Shown here: piece by piece, positions 26,408-39,420 of the stretch | Layout: every line of letters starts with the position of its first letter | Position numbering within the stretch: the stretch's first letter is position 1 | DNA from: Octopus sinensis | Taxonomy: Eukaryota | Reading direction: 5' to 3' | Assembly (NCBI RefSeq): GCF_006345805.1 | Contig: NC_043006.1 | Span: 88,474,001 to 88,538,000, forward strand | Length of the DNA stretch: 64,000 nucleotides | Position numbers and translations under genes: made by a program | The notes under the pieces: model-generated | The model's input: only the letters and a program-made list of their open reading frames with translations | What the model was told of the DNA's origin: nothing | Database searches by the model: none

Positions 26408-27870
26408 GCGTAAGAAAGCTGAGGACAGATTTATGCTTATAAAAAGAACAGATACATAACAGATAATAACTTTATTTATCAAAATATGCTATACGGATAA
26501 AAATAACCTTCTTTTCTATAAAGTTATTCAATAAAGCCACCTTCAGCTTCAACAGCTGCTTCTATATGAGATCTAAATCATCTACATGCTTGGATCAAGT
26601 GGTCCTGGTTGGACATTACTCAGACCAGTGACAGACTGGGTTTAAAACTACTGGTTGCCAGGAGACTAAGGGAGCCCATCCGCAACTACAATGTTATCAT
26701 TCAATTTTTTTTTTTGTTGTTAAAAGTATTCATTTCTATTTCTACAAACACAGCCAGGCTGAAATAATGTATTCTTCTAAGAGTGAATAAAAAATTCTCA
26801 AATTTAAGGGGATGGGCCCCTTAGATACTAACATGGGCCCCCATTTGTGAATTCTAATGGCGCAGGGGCCCACTTGCCATCGGCAAGCTGGCAAGCTGGC
26901 CAATCAGCCACTGACACTGACTATGACAGCTTTTGAAGAATCTTTGGTGTTATGGGCGTGTTCATTGAACTCTCTTTCAACAACGTCTCTCATGGAATGA
27001 GATCTGGGGAATTAGGGGGCCTAATGTTCAGTCTTATGTGATCATGGAAATTTTCAGCCATCCATTTCTGTGTTACTAGAGCCATGTATAATGGTGCAGA
27101 ATCTTATTGAAATACATATGGCCTTCCATTGCATACACTGTCTATCCAGGGCTTAACAATTATTTCCAGGACTTCAATGTAGGCAGCAGAGTTAACTCTA
27201 AGGCCTTGTGGAAAGAAGAAGGTATAACATGTCCTTCGTTGCTGACAACCCCTAAAACCATGACTTCAGAAGGGTCTGCACATATAATCTGTCATTTATT
27301 GTTAACTTTTTGATCTTGGTCAAAGCTTTTCTCGCTTGAGAAAAACCAAATCAAATCTTCTGCTGGAATTTTCAGTTTGTTTCAAAGCCTTTTAGATCTG
27401 ATGTACTGATTTTCTTTTGCTTTTTCTGACAAACTGACTTTTCCTCATCATATAAGACATATCTGCTGTCTTCGTGGACAACAATACTGACTGTTTCTTC
27501 TGACACATGGAGATTTTTGCAATTGACTCCATGGACTTTCTGAGATTGTAATCAAGGGTCTATTGAACTTGCTGGATAAATTCAAGTGTTTTGATGATTT
27601 CAGAGCGTTTAGAATATGCTTTGTTACTGGTGATAAGTTTCCATCATCACATCTCTAACACCTTACAAACTTTGCCGACGAGAGATCTGGCAACTTTTAA
27701 ATATCAACATATTTCTTTATCGATATGCTCAGCCTTTATAACCACAATAACAGCATACCAGGTAATCTCCGAAATCGAAAGCTGAAGTCGAAATCCACCA
27801 CTTTTCGACCTTGTAAATCCATAGTTGTACCACCGCATTTAAATGGTACGTTTTCGCAGAGTGTTATATA
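26403..27870 (-). mobile_element. Tc1/mariner-superfamily (maT/DD37D-like) transposon, decayed
   Basis: IWFFSSEKSFDQDQKV..VLGVVSNEGHVIP..LRVNSAAYIEVLEIIVKPWIDSVCNGRPYVFQ*DSAP..QKWMAENFHDHIRLNIRPPNSPDLIP; right boundary approximate. Confidence 0.8.
26626..26913. mobile_element. hAT-type MITE nested in the maT element
   Basis: TIRs CAGTGACAGACTGG / CTGGCCAATCAGCCACTG, internal GGGCCC motifs, 8-bp flanks ACTCAGAC / ACACTGAC (6 of 8 match). Confidence 0.65.
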
Positions 27871-28894
27871 AGAAATAAACATAAAATAATGGGTTTTATA
27901 CATTTATTTGTGAACGATAAACTTACGGCTGTTTCACATCTGCACTTGGGGCATGTTGAAGGTTTAACTTAATAAATTGATAGATTTATCAATTGAAAAT
28001 ATAGGGAACTCCCATCAAAGTCAAACAATTCACGGAAGAGAAGTAAAAAAAGAGAAGTAAAGAATGGAAAGAAAGAGGATGGGATTTGGCCTTTGTAATA
28101 TCTATCCGAAAATAAGTCACACATTTCTAGCCAACAGATTTATGCTATTGTTCTGTTGTACCACACTTGAATAGTTTTAACATCCGATATAGAAATTTGA
28201 TATCCAAGAATTTCATGAGGGTCACTGGTCGGCTTTTGACGATTTCTACTATATTTTAGACGCTATGCCAGAGAGGAGTTTATATATATTCTCTCTTGCA
28301 ACGGGTGACATCCGGTACAGAAATTAGACACACAACTTCGTTAGGATCAGTGGCAGACTACTAGCGATTACTATATTTTGGACGCTATGCAATGGGATGT
28401 GTTTCGATATAAAACTGAAGTTAGGGAATTTCTAATTATTATAACTGTAAAGAATCAAAATCTATGCTATTACCTACGAGAAATCATATAAGTACTGAAC
28501 AATGAACGGTAATAGTTAAAGCCATAGTTAGGGATTAAAACATGTAATGTCACAGAAATACTATGACTATATAAGCCCTAAAATATATGACGAGGTATCA
28601 TTGGTACTGTTATTGTGGTATGCTAAGCTATGATTCATAAAGCTGTTGGTGTAGTAAATTGTTCAGGTATTAAGGGAAGAGGATAAACGAAACCAGACAA
28701 AATAAACATAAAACCGAAGCAACTCAAGACAATAGGATTGAAATACAATGAAAATAACGACTTAGAGAGATTAAGCAAATTAATTATAGATAAACACTTA
28801 TCCGCATTTAGGAAATTAATTAAACGAGTTGTGAGCAAATTCGTTTTAGATTCTGCAACTACTATACATCCATCAACTGTATCCTACTAAATAT

Positions 28895-29055
28895 TGGTTT
28901 CAAATTTGGCACAAGGCAAGAAAGTTCCGGGGATAGGGCAAGTTGAATTCATCGATCTCAGTACTCAACTGGTACTTGCTTTATCGACCCTGAAAGAATG
29001 AAAGTCAAAGTTAACTTCAGCGGAATTTAAACTCAGAACGTAAAGACGGAGGAAA
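28895..29055 (-). mobile_element. SINE family B
   Basis: Family B core and tail. Confidence 0.8.
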
Positions 29056-29439
29056 TGATATATCTCAAACAGCGATCTGGTCAAGGATAATAACGCTGCA
29101 GATTGGACATGTTATAATTGTGGTGTCTACCATGACAATAATAGATGGAGAAACTCCAGGACTAGTGAGAAGAAGATATTAAAAAATCTAAGCAAAACAT
29201 GGTTGAATCAGTGGACACCGTAACACCCTCAACAAACTGAAAGATAGATAAGCCAAGAGAATATAAATGTAAGGCATCTCAGAGTAATACGGGTAAATCC
29301 ACGAATAAATCTAACTACCCTCCACATAAGATAGGTTTAAGATTAATAACAAGCAATCGGAGAAGACAAAGAGTGTTGATAGACAGCCATAATCGTCGAA
29401 ATAGTATTAATCAGAATGAGACCAGACCAACCCACGACG

Positions 29440-29600
29440 AAATAAGAAAGAGGAATAAAGATGAATATAGTAACTCTAAGAAAAGGAGAAATGCATCAAA
29501 ACAAGTAGTCTGATATAATATTTCATTCGGGTCCCGAATAGCCACAAATATCCCGAAGAAATTCTTCGCGACCCTAGAGAAGCATTTCCGACTATTGTGC
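29440..29600 (+). mobile_element. Penelope-like element, RT-EN linker remnant
   Basis: YNISFGSRIATNIPKKFFATLEKHF resembles PLE W(Y/F)NPP(F/Y)S.NVATNIGKKFL.LLDKHF. Confidence 0.55.
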
Positions 29601-29679
29601 TGATACGGGATACTGTTTAATAAGCATCCCGTCAAGTTTACGTACTCAACAACTTGGAATCTAGAACAAATCTTCTCAC

Positions 29680-29800
29680 AACTATTTTATCGACCCCGAA
29701 GGATGAAAAAAGCAAAGTCGATTCCACCAAAATTTGAACTCAGAGCATAAAGTAGGAAGAAATGCCGCTAAGCATTTAATCGAAAATGCTATTTTCTAGC
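29680..29800 (-). mobile_element. SINE family B
   Basis: TATCGACCCCGAAGGATGAAAAAAGCAAAGTCG..TTTGAACTCAGAGC..CCGCTAAGCATTT. Confidence 0.75.
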
Positions 29801-29867
29801 TCTACGGTTTAATAATAATAATAACAACAACAAAATCATCATCATCAACAACAACAACAACAACAAC

Positions 29868-29909
<42 letters not shown>

Positions 29910-29910
<1 letters not shown>

Positions 29911-31055
29911 GAAAAGGAAATGAAAGAGCAAATAAGGATGGTGTATTTCCAAAGACTAAGGTGGTGTTGCGCTCAATATTGATTGGATGGAATAAAATCC
30001 AAGCAGTTAATATGTAGGCGATAGCATCACTTCGGTGTGCAACGGGAATTATAAAATAGCAAAAGAGAGAAATTAAGAAAATGGATGCCAAGACCAGAAA
30101 AAATGTTGACAGTCTACGGAGTGACACCGATAGGCTGTACTTGACCAGAAGAAAGGGTGGGAGAGGTGTGATCAGTTGCCAGGACTGTATCGAAGCAGAA
30201 GAAAACAGCCTCGGATGGTGTATAAAAGATGCCATGGAGCAACTGTTGAAACATTTGAAGAAGGCCGGTATCATCAAGACTAAAAATTGTGTAACTAAAG
30301 AAAAATTTTAAAAAGGCACATAAAAAAGCATGGAAGGAAAAAATGTACGGTCAGTATGCAAGAGATGTGAACGCCAAGACATACAGATGATCGGTGTCTA
30401 TGGGTGAGGAGGAATGGCCTGAAGATAGAGACAGAAGCGCTCATATGCGCAGCTCAAGAACAAGTGTTAAGGAACAACTATATGAGATGTAGAATAGACA
30501 ACACTACCGATAGCGACAAATGCAGTATGTGTGGTGAGAGTGGTGAAACTGTATGAGCACCGTTAGCGAATTTCTGAAATTGGCATAACGTAAATGGAAA
30601 AGACGCCATGACAATGTGGCAAGAATGATCCATTGGGAGCTCTGTGGAAATCATGGCTTACAAAGAGCAAAGATGTGGTATTAGAAAACTCCAGAAGGAG
30701 TCACCGAAAATGAGAATTGCAAGAAGAAGAATTTCAAGAAGAAAAAATAAACAACTGACGATTTGAAGTGGGAAATACGAAGGTTGTATCAATGAAGGGA
30801 TTAGACGTGATAGCAATAGTAATTAGTGCACTTGGAAGTATCAGGACTCAACTACCAACACGGCTGAAAAAGATTGCTGCATGCGTGAAGGCAGAATACC
30901 TACGAAAATGAGCATTGCTTAGAACAGCAAGAACTCTTCGCAAGGTCCTTGAAGCAAAACTAATAAACAGGTGTCACCTTAGTCTGCTGGCTGTGAACAG
31001 CTGACACTTTCGATCATACCCAGCAAAAAAAAGCTGTGAGTTTCCATATAATAAT
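29910..31055 (+). pseudogene. R4/Dong-type element, 5'-truncated and decayed
   Basis: DTDRLYLTRRKGGRG..ETEALICAAQEQVLR..knuckle remnant..RHDNVARMIHWELC..; AAT array upstream, ATAATAAT at the 3' end. Confidence 0.85.
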
Positions 31056-31434
31056 ATTAATCCTTTATTATAACGACAGCTGCGTCCATCCGTCCGTCTG
31101 TCCGAAGCCATCAGTAATTTGAGGAAAAGGGGTGAATGAAATAGAAAGAGAGTGAAAGAAAGAATGAAAGAAAGAGATATTGAGGAAGAGCGTCATTCCG
31201 TCACAACATATCAATAACGAAGGAAGGGGTAATGAACAGAGAGAAAAACAACAGTAGAGTTAGAGAGAGAGAGGGAGGAGGTAGAGAAGTGGAGTTGAGA
31301 AAGAGAGGGAGAGAAAGAAAGAGAGACGCAGAGACACACAAAGAGAGAGAGAGAGAGAGAACATATGCGTATGTAAAAGGTATGTATGTGATCGTATGTG
31401 TACTATGGAAGTGTAAGAGAATACTGAACGCTGA

Positions 31435-31495
<61 letters not shown>

Positions 31496-32467
31496 CGTGT
31501 GTGTGTGTGTAAAAGGGAAGTTTATAAATGTTTGTATGTATGAAACAGCGTTTGTCATCGAAATGAAACTGAGTTATTTTTCCTTCTTTCACTGTTTTGA
31601 AATTTTATTTCATATCATAAATTGTAACTGAAACATAATCCATCGTTTTGAATTAACTATTTGCTTTGATAATTATAAAAGGAGAAAATATCATACATAG
31701 AAGAAGAAAAAATGATATTTCTTTTCTTCCTTTAAGTTTGTTTTAAGTTCTTGCTGAGTGTCTTCCCGGCACCTTCAGTAAATAAACTCATTGTGTACAT
31801 TGATAAATCACACACCAAATTGTACAATCCTTATAATAATGACAGCTACGTACGTCCGTTTTGTTCCGTTCGTCCGAAGCCTTCAGTAATTAGATAGAGA
31901 AAAAGAGGTGAATTAAATAGAGAGTGAAAGAAAGGAAGAAAGAGATATTGAAGAAGAGAGGAGAGAGAGAGGGGGGAGATAGACAAACAGAAAGACAAGG
32001 TATTGTAGATTGTTAAGCTGCTGATGTCAAGGAAAATAGAAGGTAAATTAAATACAGAGAGAAAGTGAAAGAAAGAAAGGAGAAACTCTGGTCCATTTTA
32101 AGATCCAGTGAATCTTAAAATATTTGCTGATCAAAAAGAATTTACCAGATCAGGAACAAGTAGCCGTCATAATGAAAATATAAGAAGACTTACGCGTAAT
32201 GTTGTCTACACGGAAATAGTGTAGATATTGATATACTGCCTTAGTAAAAAGTATAGATCTGCTTAATATTTTCTTTGTTATTTTATTACTGATTTTGTAA
32301 AGTATTTGCATAAATATGAATATGTAAATATATTGTCAAATTGTATCTTTTGTGTATTTCTCTAGCAATAGTTGAATTAAATTGAAATGTTATTCTAAGC
32401 ATAGCATTATTTTTCTTTATTGACGGGGCATGTACTACTACTACTACTACTACTACTACTGATAATA

Positions 32468-32500
<33 letters not shown>

Positions 32501-32597
32501 ACAATAATAATAATAACAACAACAACAGCAACAACAACAACAATAATAATAATAATGATGATGATGATGATGATAATAATGATGATGATAATAATAA

Positions 32598-32682
<85 letters not shown>

Positions 32683-32683
<1 letters not shown>

Positions 32684-33393
32684 GAAATTACCAAAAACAT
32701 GTAATGAAAAGAAATATAACAAGTAACTGCAGAATATGTGGAGATGGACAAGAAACAATAAATCATATTATCTCTAGCTGCCCAGTCCTGGCTAAGAAGG
32801 AATATATTCATAGACATGACAGAGTTTGAACCTACATACATTGGAAGCTATGCCAACATTATGGAATAACAACAGAAAAAAGATGGTATAAGCACACACC
32901 AGAAAAGGTCACAGAAAACGAGAAAGCAACCATACTCTGGGATATGCCGATACACACAGATAGAGAAATTAAGGCCAACAGACCAGATATAGTTGTCAGA
33001 GATCATGAAGAAAAAAAATGCTTTCTAATTGATGTATCAATACCGGCAGATGACAACGTGTCTAAAAGAAATGGAGAAACTCTCAAAATACAAAGACCTG
33101 AAAATAGAGGTAACTAGAATGTGGAATCTGAAAACAGAAACAATTCCTTTCATAGTAGGTGCATTAGGCATGATAAAAAGATATTCAGACAAATACATAG
33201 CAAAAACACCAGGACTTACAAACACATATAACATACAGAAAATTGCACTACTAGGCACTGCACACATCCTACGCAGAACATTTCCCATACAATAACCATG
33301 AGAGCATCACAACAAATCACAGCACATACCCAAGGCACACAGAGCTGCGCTCGGTAGTGAAGTGAAAGCACGCTATAAAAATAAAACTACTGA
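32683..33393 (+). mobile_element. R4/Dong-type 3' end, copy 1
   Basis: RNYQKH..CRICGDGQETINHIISSC..RHD..RPDIVV..LIDVSIP..KYKDLKIE..GTAHILRR, 3' UTR, AAT arrays on both sides. Confidence 0.9.
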
Positions 33394-33408
33394 ATAATAA
33401 TAATAATA

Positions 33409-33449
<41 letters not shown>

Positions 33450-33467
33450 TAATAATATAATAATAAT

Positions 33468-34171
33468 AGAAATTACCAAAAACATGTAATGAAAGAAATA
33501 TAACAAGTAACTGCAGAATATGTGGAGATGGACAAGAAACAATAAATCATATTATCTCTAGCTGCCCAGTCCTGGCTAAGAAGGAATATATTCATAGACA
33601 TGACAGAGTTTGAACCTACATACATTGGAAGCTATGCCAACATTATGGAATAACAACAGAAAAAAGATGGTATAAGCACACACCAGAAAAGGTCACAGAA
33701 AACGAGAAGCAACCATACTCTGGGATATGCCGATACACACAGATAGAGAAATTAAGGCCAACAGACCAGATATAGTTGTCAGAGATCATGAAGAAAAAAA
33801 ATGCTTTCTAATTGATGTATCAATACCGGCAGATGACAACGTGTCTAAAAGAAATGGAGAAACTCTCAAAATACAAAGACCTGAAAATAGAGGTAACTAG
33901 AATGTGGAATCTGAAAACAGAAACAATTCCTTTCATAGTAGGTGCATTAGGCATGATAAAAAGATATTCAGACAAATACATAGCAAAAACACCAGGACTT
34001 ACAAACACATATAACATACAGAAAATTGCACTACTAGGCACTGCACACATCCTACGCAGAACATTTCCATACAATAACCATGAGAGCATCACAACAAATC
34101 ACAGCACATACCCAAGGCACACAGAGCTGCGCTCGGTAGTGAAGTGAAAGCACGCTATAAAAATAAAACTA

Positions 34172-34175
<4 letters not shown>
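33468..34175 (+). mobile_element. R4/Dong-type 3' end, copy 2 (tandem duplicate)
   Basis: Same as copy 1 apart from three single-base homopolymer differences. Confidence 0.9.
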
Positions 34176-34246
<71 letters not shown>

Positions 34247-34248
<2 letters not shown>

Positions 34249-34950
34249 TCAATGTTGAATTTTAATAAATGTTAAAGACGCAATAAATTCCAGAGCTGTG
34301 CCGGTTATCAGACATGGAGCTGGAATTATAGATTGGACAAAAAGGGACATGCAAAAATTTTACATGATAAACTAGAAGATTGTTGACCACGTAAGGCACT
34401 CACCATCCGAAAGCTGACTTTAACCATTTGTACTTGAAGTGGAAGGTGTCAGAATTTGGGGTTTTGAAGTACTTGGTATAATCATCCGGTTGACAAGGTG
34501 CCTGAGTCGGAAAAAAGCAAGATTTTATGGGATTTCCCTATTCAAACAACAAAAACAGAGAAGAACAAGTGAATTTGCTTATACATTTATGCATCATGTT
34601 CGTTTGATTCCAGGATTGTGAAAAAAGAAGACGAAAAATTAAAAGCAAACTACAATCCCTTAAAATTTTTTAATGCGAGAATTTGGAATATAAAAACTGT
34701 AAAAGTTGCACCTGTAATAATCGGTACATTAGGAACTGCGAGTAAAGATATTGACAAATGGTTGAAGGAGATTGGAATGAAATTTCCTGTAGAGCTTCTC
34801 CAGAAAGTTTTCCTCTTAGGAATAAGAAAGATTATCAGCAGGGTTTTGAGTACTTGAAATTTTACCGAGCGCTTATTGAATATCTTTGGTTACAGGTAGT
34901 AACCTCTACCCACATAAATTCTACCCGAGTTAAAGGAAATTATAATGATG
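34247..34950 (+). mobile_element. R4/Dong-type remnant, different subfamily
   Basis: DAINSRAVPVIRHGAGIIDW..HHPKAD..LYL and WNIKTVKVAPVIIGTLG..LQKVFLLGIRKIISRVLST*. Confidence 0.8.
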
Positions 34951-35044
34951 ATTGTTCTAATAATAAAAATGATACTAATTACAATAACACTACTACGAAG
35001 ATCAATAATGATAATAATAAGGCTAAAAATAATAATAATAATGA

Positions 35045-35250
35045 TTTCAAATTTTTGCCACAAGGGCAGCTTGGGGAGGGGATTAATTTGATTACATCAA
35101 CACTAGTGCGTAACTGGTACTTATTTAATCGAACCCGAGAGGATGCAAGACAAAGTCGACTACGGCGTAATTTGAATTCAGAACATGACGGGCGAAATAC
35201 TGCTCAACATTTCACCCGGCGCGCTAACGATTCTGCCAGCTCGCCGACGT
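35045..35250 (-). mobile_element. SINE family B, full length, inside AAT array
   Basis: Head GGCGAGCTGGCAGAATCGTTAGCGCGCCGGG on the minus strand plus core. Confidence 0.85.
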
Positions 35251-35266
35251 AATAATAATAATGATA

Positions 35267-35344
<78 letters not shown>

Positions 35345-35524
35345 TAATAATAATAATAATATAATAATAATAATAATAATAATAATATAATAATAATAAT
35401 GATAATGATAATAATAATAATAATGGTAATAATAATAATAATAATAATGATAATAATAATAATGATAATAATAATAATGATGATGATGATGATTATGCTG
35501 ATGATGATGCTGATGATAATAATA

Positions 35525-35579
<55 letters not shown>

Positions 35580-35789
35580 TGATGATAATGATAATGATAA
35601 AATAAGAGGGACAGCAACAGAAAGAATAAGAATTGTAATAATCAGAGCAGTAATGCGAAAAATAATGATAGTAATATTAGTAAAGGTGGTCACTTCTGTT
35701 GATTTCGATGTATGAGTGTTTGAAGGAAAGGATATATAAAACAAAAAGAGAAAAAAGCAACTTTTAAAATATAAGAAGCTGCATCTATT

Positions 35790-36020
35790 TGTGTGAGTGT
35801 AATGTGAGTCCAGCACTGAATTTTGCTATAAAATCCCGATGAGGACACTGACGATTTTGATTTAGCCTGGAATTGGGAAAAAGTGTCTGTTGATTGCAGG
35901 ATATAATTCTTTTATTGATCTGTTCCTTCAACTGAAATTGTTTTGATGCATCATGGCATATTTTTCGCCATGCAGATCGATGTACGCAATAACTTTCCCA
36001 AGATCTCAAGTTAAGCTGTA
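35790..36020 (-). mobile_element. RTE/BovB-like LINE 3' end
   Basis: SWESYCVHRSAWRKICHDASKQF..CPHRDFIAKFSAGLTLHSHK. Confidence 0.6.
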
Positions 36021-36049
36021 GAGAATAAGTTTGTTGTGCAAAGCTAGAA

Positions 36050-36470
36050 AAAAAATTATTGGCAGGGTGACACGTAAACGCATCAATAAGCATGTAGTAA
36101 ACAGCATATATCCTGAGTCCCAATATGGATTTTGGGCTGGGAGAGGCAGAGCTGACATGACTTTTGCCCATCGGTGAGTTCAAGAAAATGCACGTGAACC
36201 AAAGACTGACTTGTATATGGTCTTTGTAAACTTGATCAAGGCTTCTGATTCAGTGAATCACGAGGTTCCCAGGAAAATTTTATCAAAAGTTGGCCACCCT
36301 GATAAAATAAGGATAATAGTATTTTCGCACGAAGGAATAATAGCAACAGTTGTATCTAGCAGTCAATGTTCAGAGGAATTTTCTATTGCCACTGGAACCA
36401 AACAGAGCTATGCTTTAGCGCCTTTAAATTTTTCCATATTCTTTTCGATGATGCTCCAACATAAAGAACC
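36050..36470 (+). pseudogene. RTE-like RT fragment
   Basis: PESQYGFWAGRGRADMTF..LYMVFVNLIKASDSVNHE..GTKQSYALAPLNFSIFFSMML. Confidence 0.75.
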
Positions 36471-36474
36471 CTAA

Positions 36475-37077
36475 AAACAGAGACCAAGAGCAATATTCTG
36501 GCAGCGCAGGACCAAGCTCTGGCAACTAACTAGAGGGTCAGCCTGATGAATAAGCAAGTTTCTCCGCTGTGCCGCATCTGCAATACAGTGGATGAAACCA
36601 TTGCCCATACCACGACTTGCCCAAAATCATTGCAAGTTATGGCGACACGACGAAGTAGCGAAAGCGTTAGAGTGGAAACTATATGAAAAGTGGGGGCTAG
36701 AGAGAGGCATAAACCGCAGCGTGTGGCCGAGTCGGAGACTAGCAAAAGCCTCTGGAATTTCCCAATCCAAACAGATCAGGTGCTAGAGCATAACTGGCTG
36801 AGCCTAGTGGTGGTGCAAAAGGTGCACGCCTTTTTCTATAGAGTTGACGTTGCATGCCCCTTTGACCCATGAATAGTCAAGAAAGAAGGTCAAAAGATAG
36901 ATAAATACAATCCTCTTAAGTATGAAATAGCCCGGCTATGGAAAATGAAGAAGGTGAAGATAGTGCCAATTATTGTCGGGTCCTTGGGAAAAGTATCAGC
37001 AGGCATCAAGAGGAATATAAAGGAAGTTGGAACAGAGTGAAGAGTAGAACTGTTACAAAAGGTTTGCCTCCTTGGCA
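36475..37077 (+). mobile_element. R4/Dong-type 3' remnant
   Basis: ETKSNILAAQDQALATN..LCRICNTVDETIAH..RHDEVAKALEWKL..LWNFPIQTD..VDVACPFD..KIVPIIVGSLG..LLQKVCLLG, then (AAT)n. Confidence 0.85.
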
Positions 37078-37139
37078 ATAATAATAATAATAGTTGTAAT
37101 TTTAGAAACCCGAATAAATGTCCGTTACATAAACAATGA

Positions 37140-37500
37140 TTTAAGAAGAACTGTGTATAAACGTTTGGTTGTCACAGATAACACATTTTGCCAATACACA
37201 GGATGCTGCATAACAGCTTTCAAACTTCGATATCATAACCACACCTCATCATTTAGACATAAGAATAAAGAAATCTTGAGTTTATTAAGCAAGCTCATAT
37301 GGCAGGTTACAGATAACAAAATAATGCAAGATATTGAGCAGAACCCCAATTACGACGTAGAGAGAGCGAGATGCGAACTTTGCCTAGAAGAGTCATTGTT
37401 AATACTTATGTCTGAGTATTACATCATAAACAAATGCTACGGGATATTAAAACCATTCAACCATAGTAAGAGAGAAAAATAGCATAAGGCGACCTATTTC
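37140..37500 (+). pseudogene. Penelope-like GIY-YIG endonuclease remnant
   Basis: TVYKRLVVT..YTGCCITAFKLRYHNHTSSFRH..LSKLIWQ..RCELCLEESLLI. Confidence 0.75.
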
Positions 37501-37585
37501 CGGATAAATACCACAAAAACCAAATTCCCTCCTCTTTTCTTCCATGCCTTTCTTCTCTTCCGTTTCTTTGACAGTTGAATTGTTA

Positions 37586-37705
37586 GACTCTGCTGATGAT
37601 AGCATTGCAACGACCATTCACTATAATTTCAATCGATAGATCGATTGCTTAAATGTAAACATGAAGGTACCCAAAATGCATATCTGAAACTCTGGTGAGT
37701 TTTTA
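37586..37705 (+). ncRNA. degenerate type I hammerhead in the Penelope pLTR position
   Basis: CUGAUGA at 37593, long stem II (GCAUU..AAUGC), GAAA-CUC-uggu-GAG-UU at 37686-37701, ~90 nt downstream of the EN remnant; stem I not paired. Confidence 0.4.
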
Positions 37706-37829
37706 TGCATAAATATATGTATAACGCCCATTATTTATGCCGATTATATCCATATATTAACAGTTCAAACAGATCTATTATTGTTGAATGTCCTGTACTT
37801 AGATGAATTCCAGTAACTAATTAGAAAGG

Positions 37830-38460
37830 GAGAAAGACAGAGCAATAGAGGAATCAGTTGAAAGGAATGATCGCACATGCAATATGGGCTAGCGTAAGAA
37901 CCACCTTCAAGAACCACATAGTAAAGTTTAATGAGAAACTATACATGCAGATTCAAGGTGCAGCCATTAGTGTCGGTGTAGCTGAAGATGTGGTCGATCT
38001 CTTCATGACCCTGTGGGACAGAAAACTTAAGCAATCCTTAGCAGAAAAGTGCACAACTCTTTTACTTTACAGTATGTAATTAGACGACATTAATATCCTA
38101 GTTAAGACCAACTCTAGTAACGGTAATGTAAAAACTTAGAGGAACATAATGGAGAGCATCCAGCATGTAGCTAACTCCATCCACCAAAGTATCAAGGTAA
38201 CTATAGATTACCCCCACTAAGCACGCCAACAATAGACTCCCTGTACTTGATACTGAACTTTGGTTGGAGACTGAACAACAGAGTGCAGCTCTCCACTCCT
38301 ATTACATGAAACCCATAGCTTCGAAATATGCTATTAACAAGACTTCAGCTTTGTCACACAACATGAAAATTATCTCACTGATAGCAGACTTAGGATAATG
38401 AACAACACATCCCCAATATGCAAACCCTATGAAACGAAAAAAAATATGTACTATGTCAGT
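37830..38460 (+). pseudogene. Penelope-like RT remnant
   Basis: NEKLYMQIQGAAISV..LFMTLWDRK..LDDINILV..HANNRLPVLDTELW..YYMKPIASK. Confidence 0.7.
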
Positions 38461-38863
38461 AAAGTATGGAATTACTTTTATTAATAATTCTGTCAACAAC
38501 AAAAAAAACCCTAAACGTTTCAAAAGTAAATAAGAAATTTGGAGGCAAATTTAACGAAGTGTACGGATTGAAATGATATTTATGAAGTTACTTCTGTCAG
38601 TAAATTATGCATAAAATAACTTTCATGAGTAATTGTGAACATCCTTCTGTCAGTAATTTGTTGCTGTTGTTTGTAAATAGTGATTGAAAACTTACAATGA
38701 AAACAATAGCGATTGAACTTACTGAAAACAATAGCGTCTGAAAAATGTAAGTGAAAACAATAGAGAGTGAATGAGATACAGAGAGAGGGAGAGGAAGAGA
38801 GTTAGCTAGTTAGACAAATAAGATAAATAAAGAGAGATAGATAAGATATAGACAGATCGATAC

Positions 38864-39025
<162 letters not shown>

Positions 39026-39099
39026 GGATAGAGAGATATAGATAGAGATTATATAGAGAGATGGAGATAGATGGAGATGGATATAGAGCCATGGACGTC

Positions 39100-39420
39100 A
39101 CTGACGCTTGAAAACCGGAAGTAAATATTTTAAAACATTCAAAGACGTGAATCTCATATAAAAAGCAATATTTTAATTTTTTTTTTATAAAAAGGAGACA
39201 ATCGATATCTGAAAGTTATTTCGCAAAGAGTTAGCTTCTCCACGTAAACCAGGAATCGGTGTTTTCTGCCCCTAGGGGATATGTGAAAAAGTTTAAGAGT
39301 CTAAAACTATCTTTGGAACATGAGTAATGTACATTCTCAGTTTAGAGAAAATCAGTTGAAAAATACGGCCGTTATAATCTTTTACACACACACTGACAGA
39401 ACGAAATTTATATTACATAC
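39100..39420 (+). mobile_element. possible non-autonomous Helitron-like repeat
   Basis: Ends ..GAAAATCAGTTGAAAAATACGGCCGTTAT..ACACACACTGACAGAACGAAATTTATAT, resembling Helitron-N 3' parts. Confidence 0.3.

Noticed and set aside
32683-34175. LTR pair
   Set aside because: The repeats encode RLE-LINE C-termini, lack TG..CA ends and enclose only AAT.
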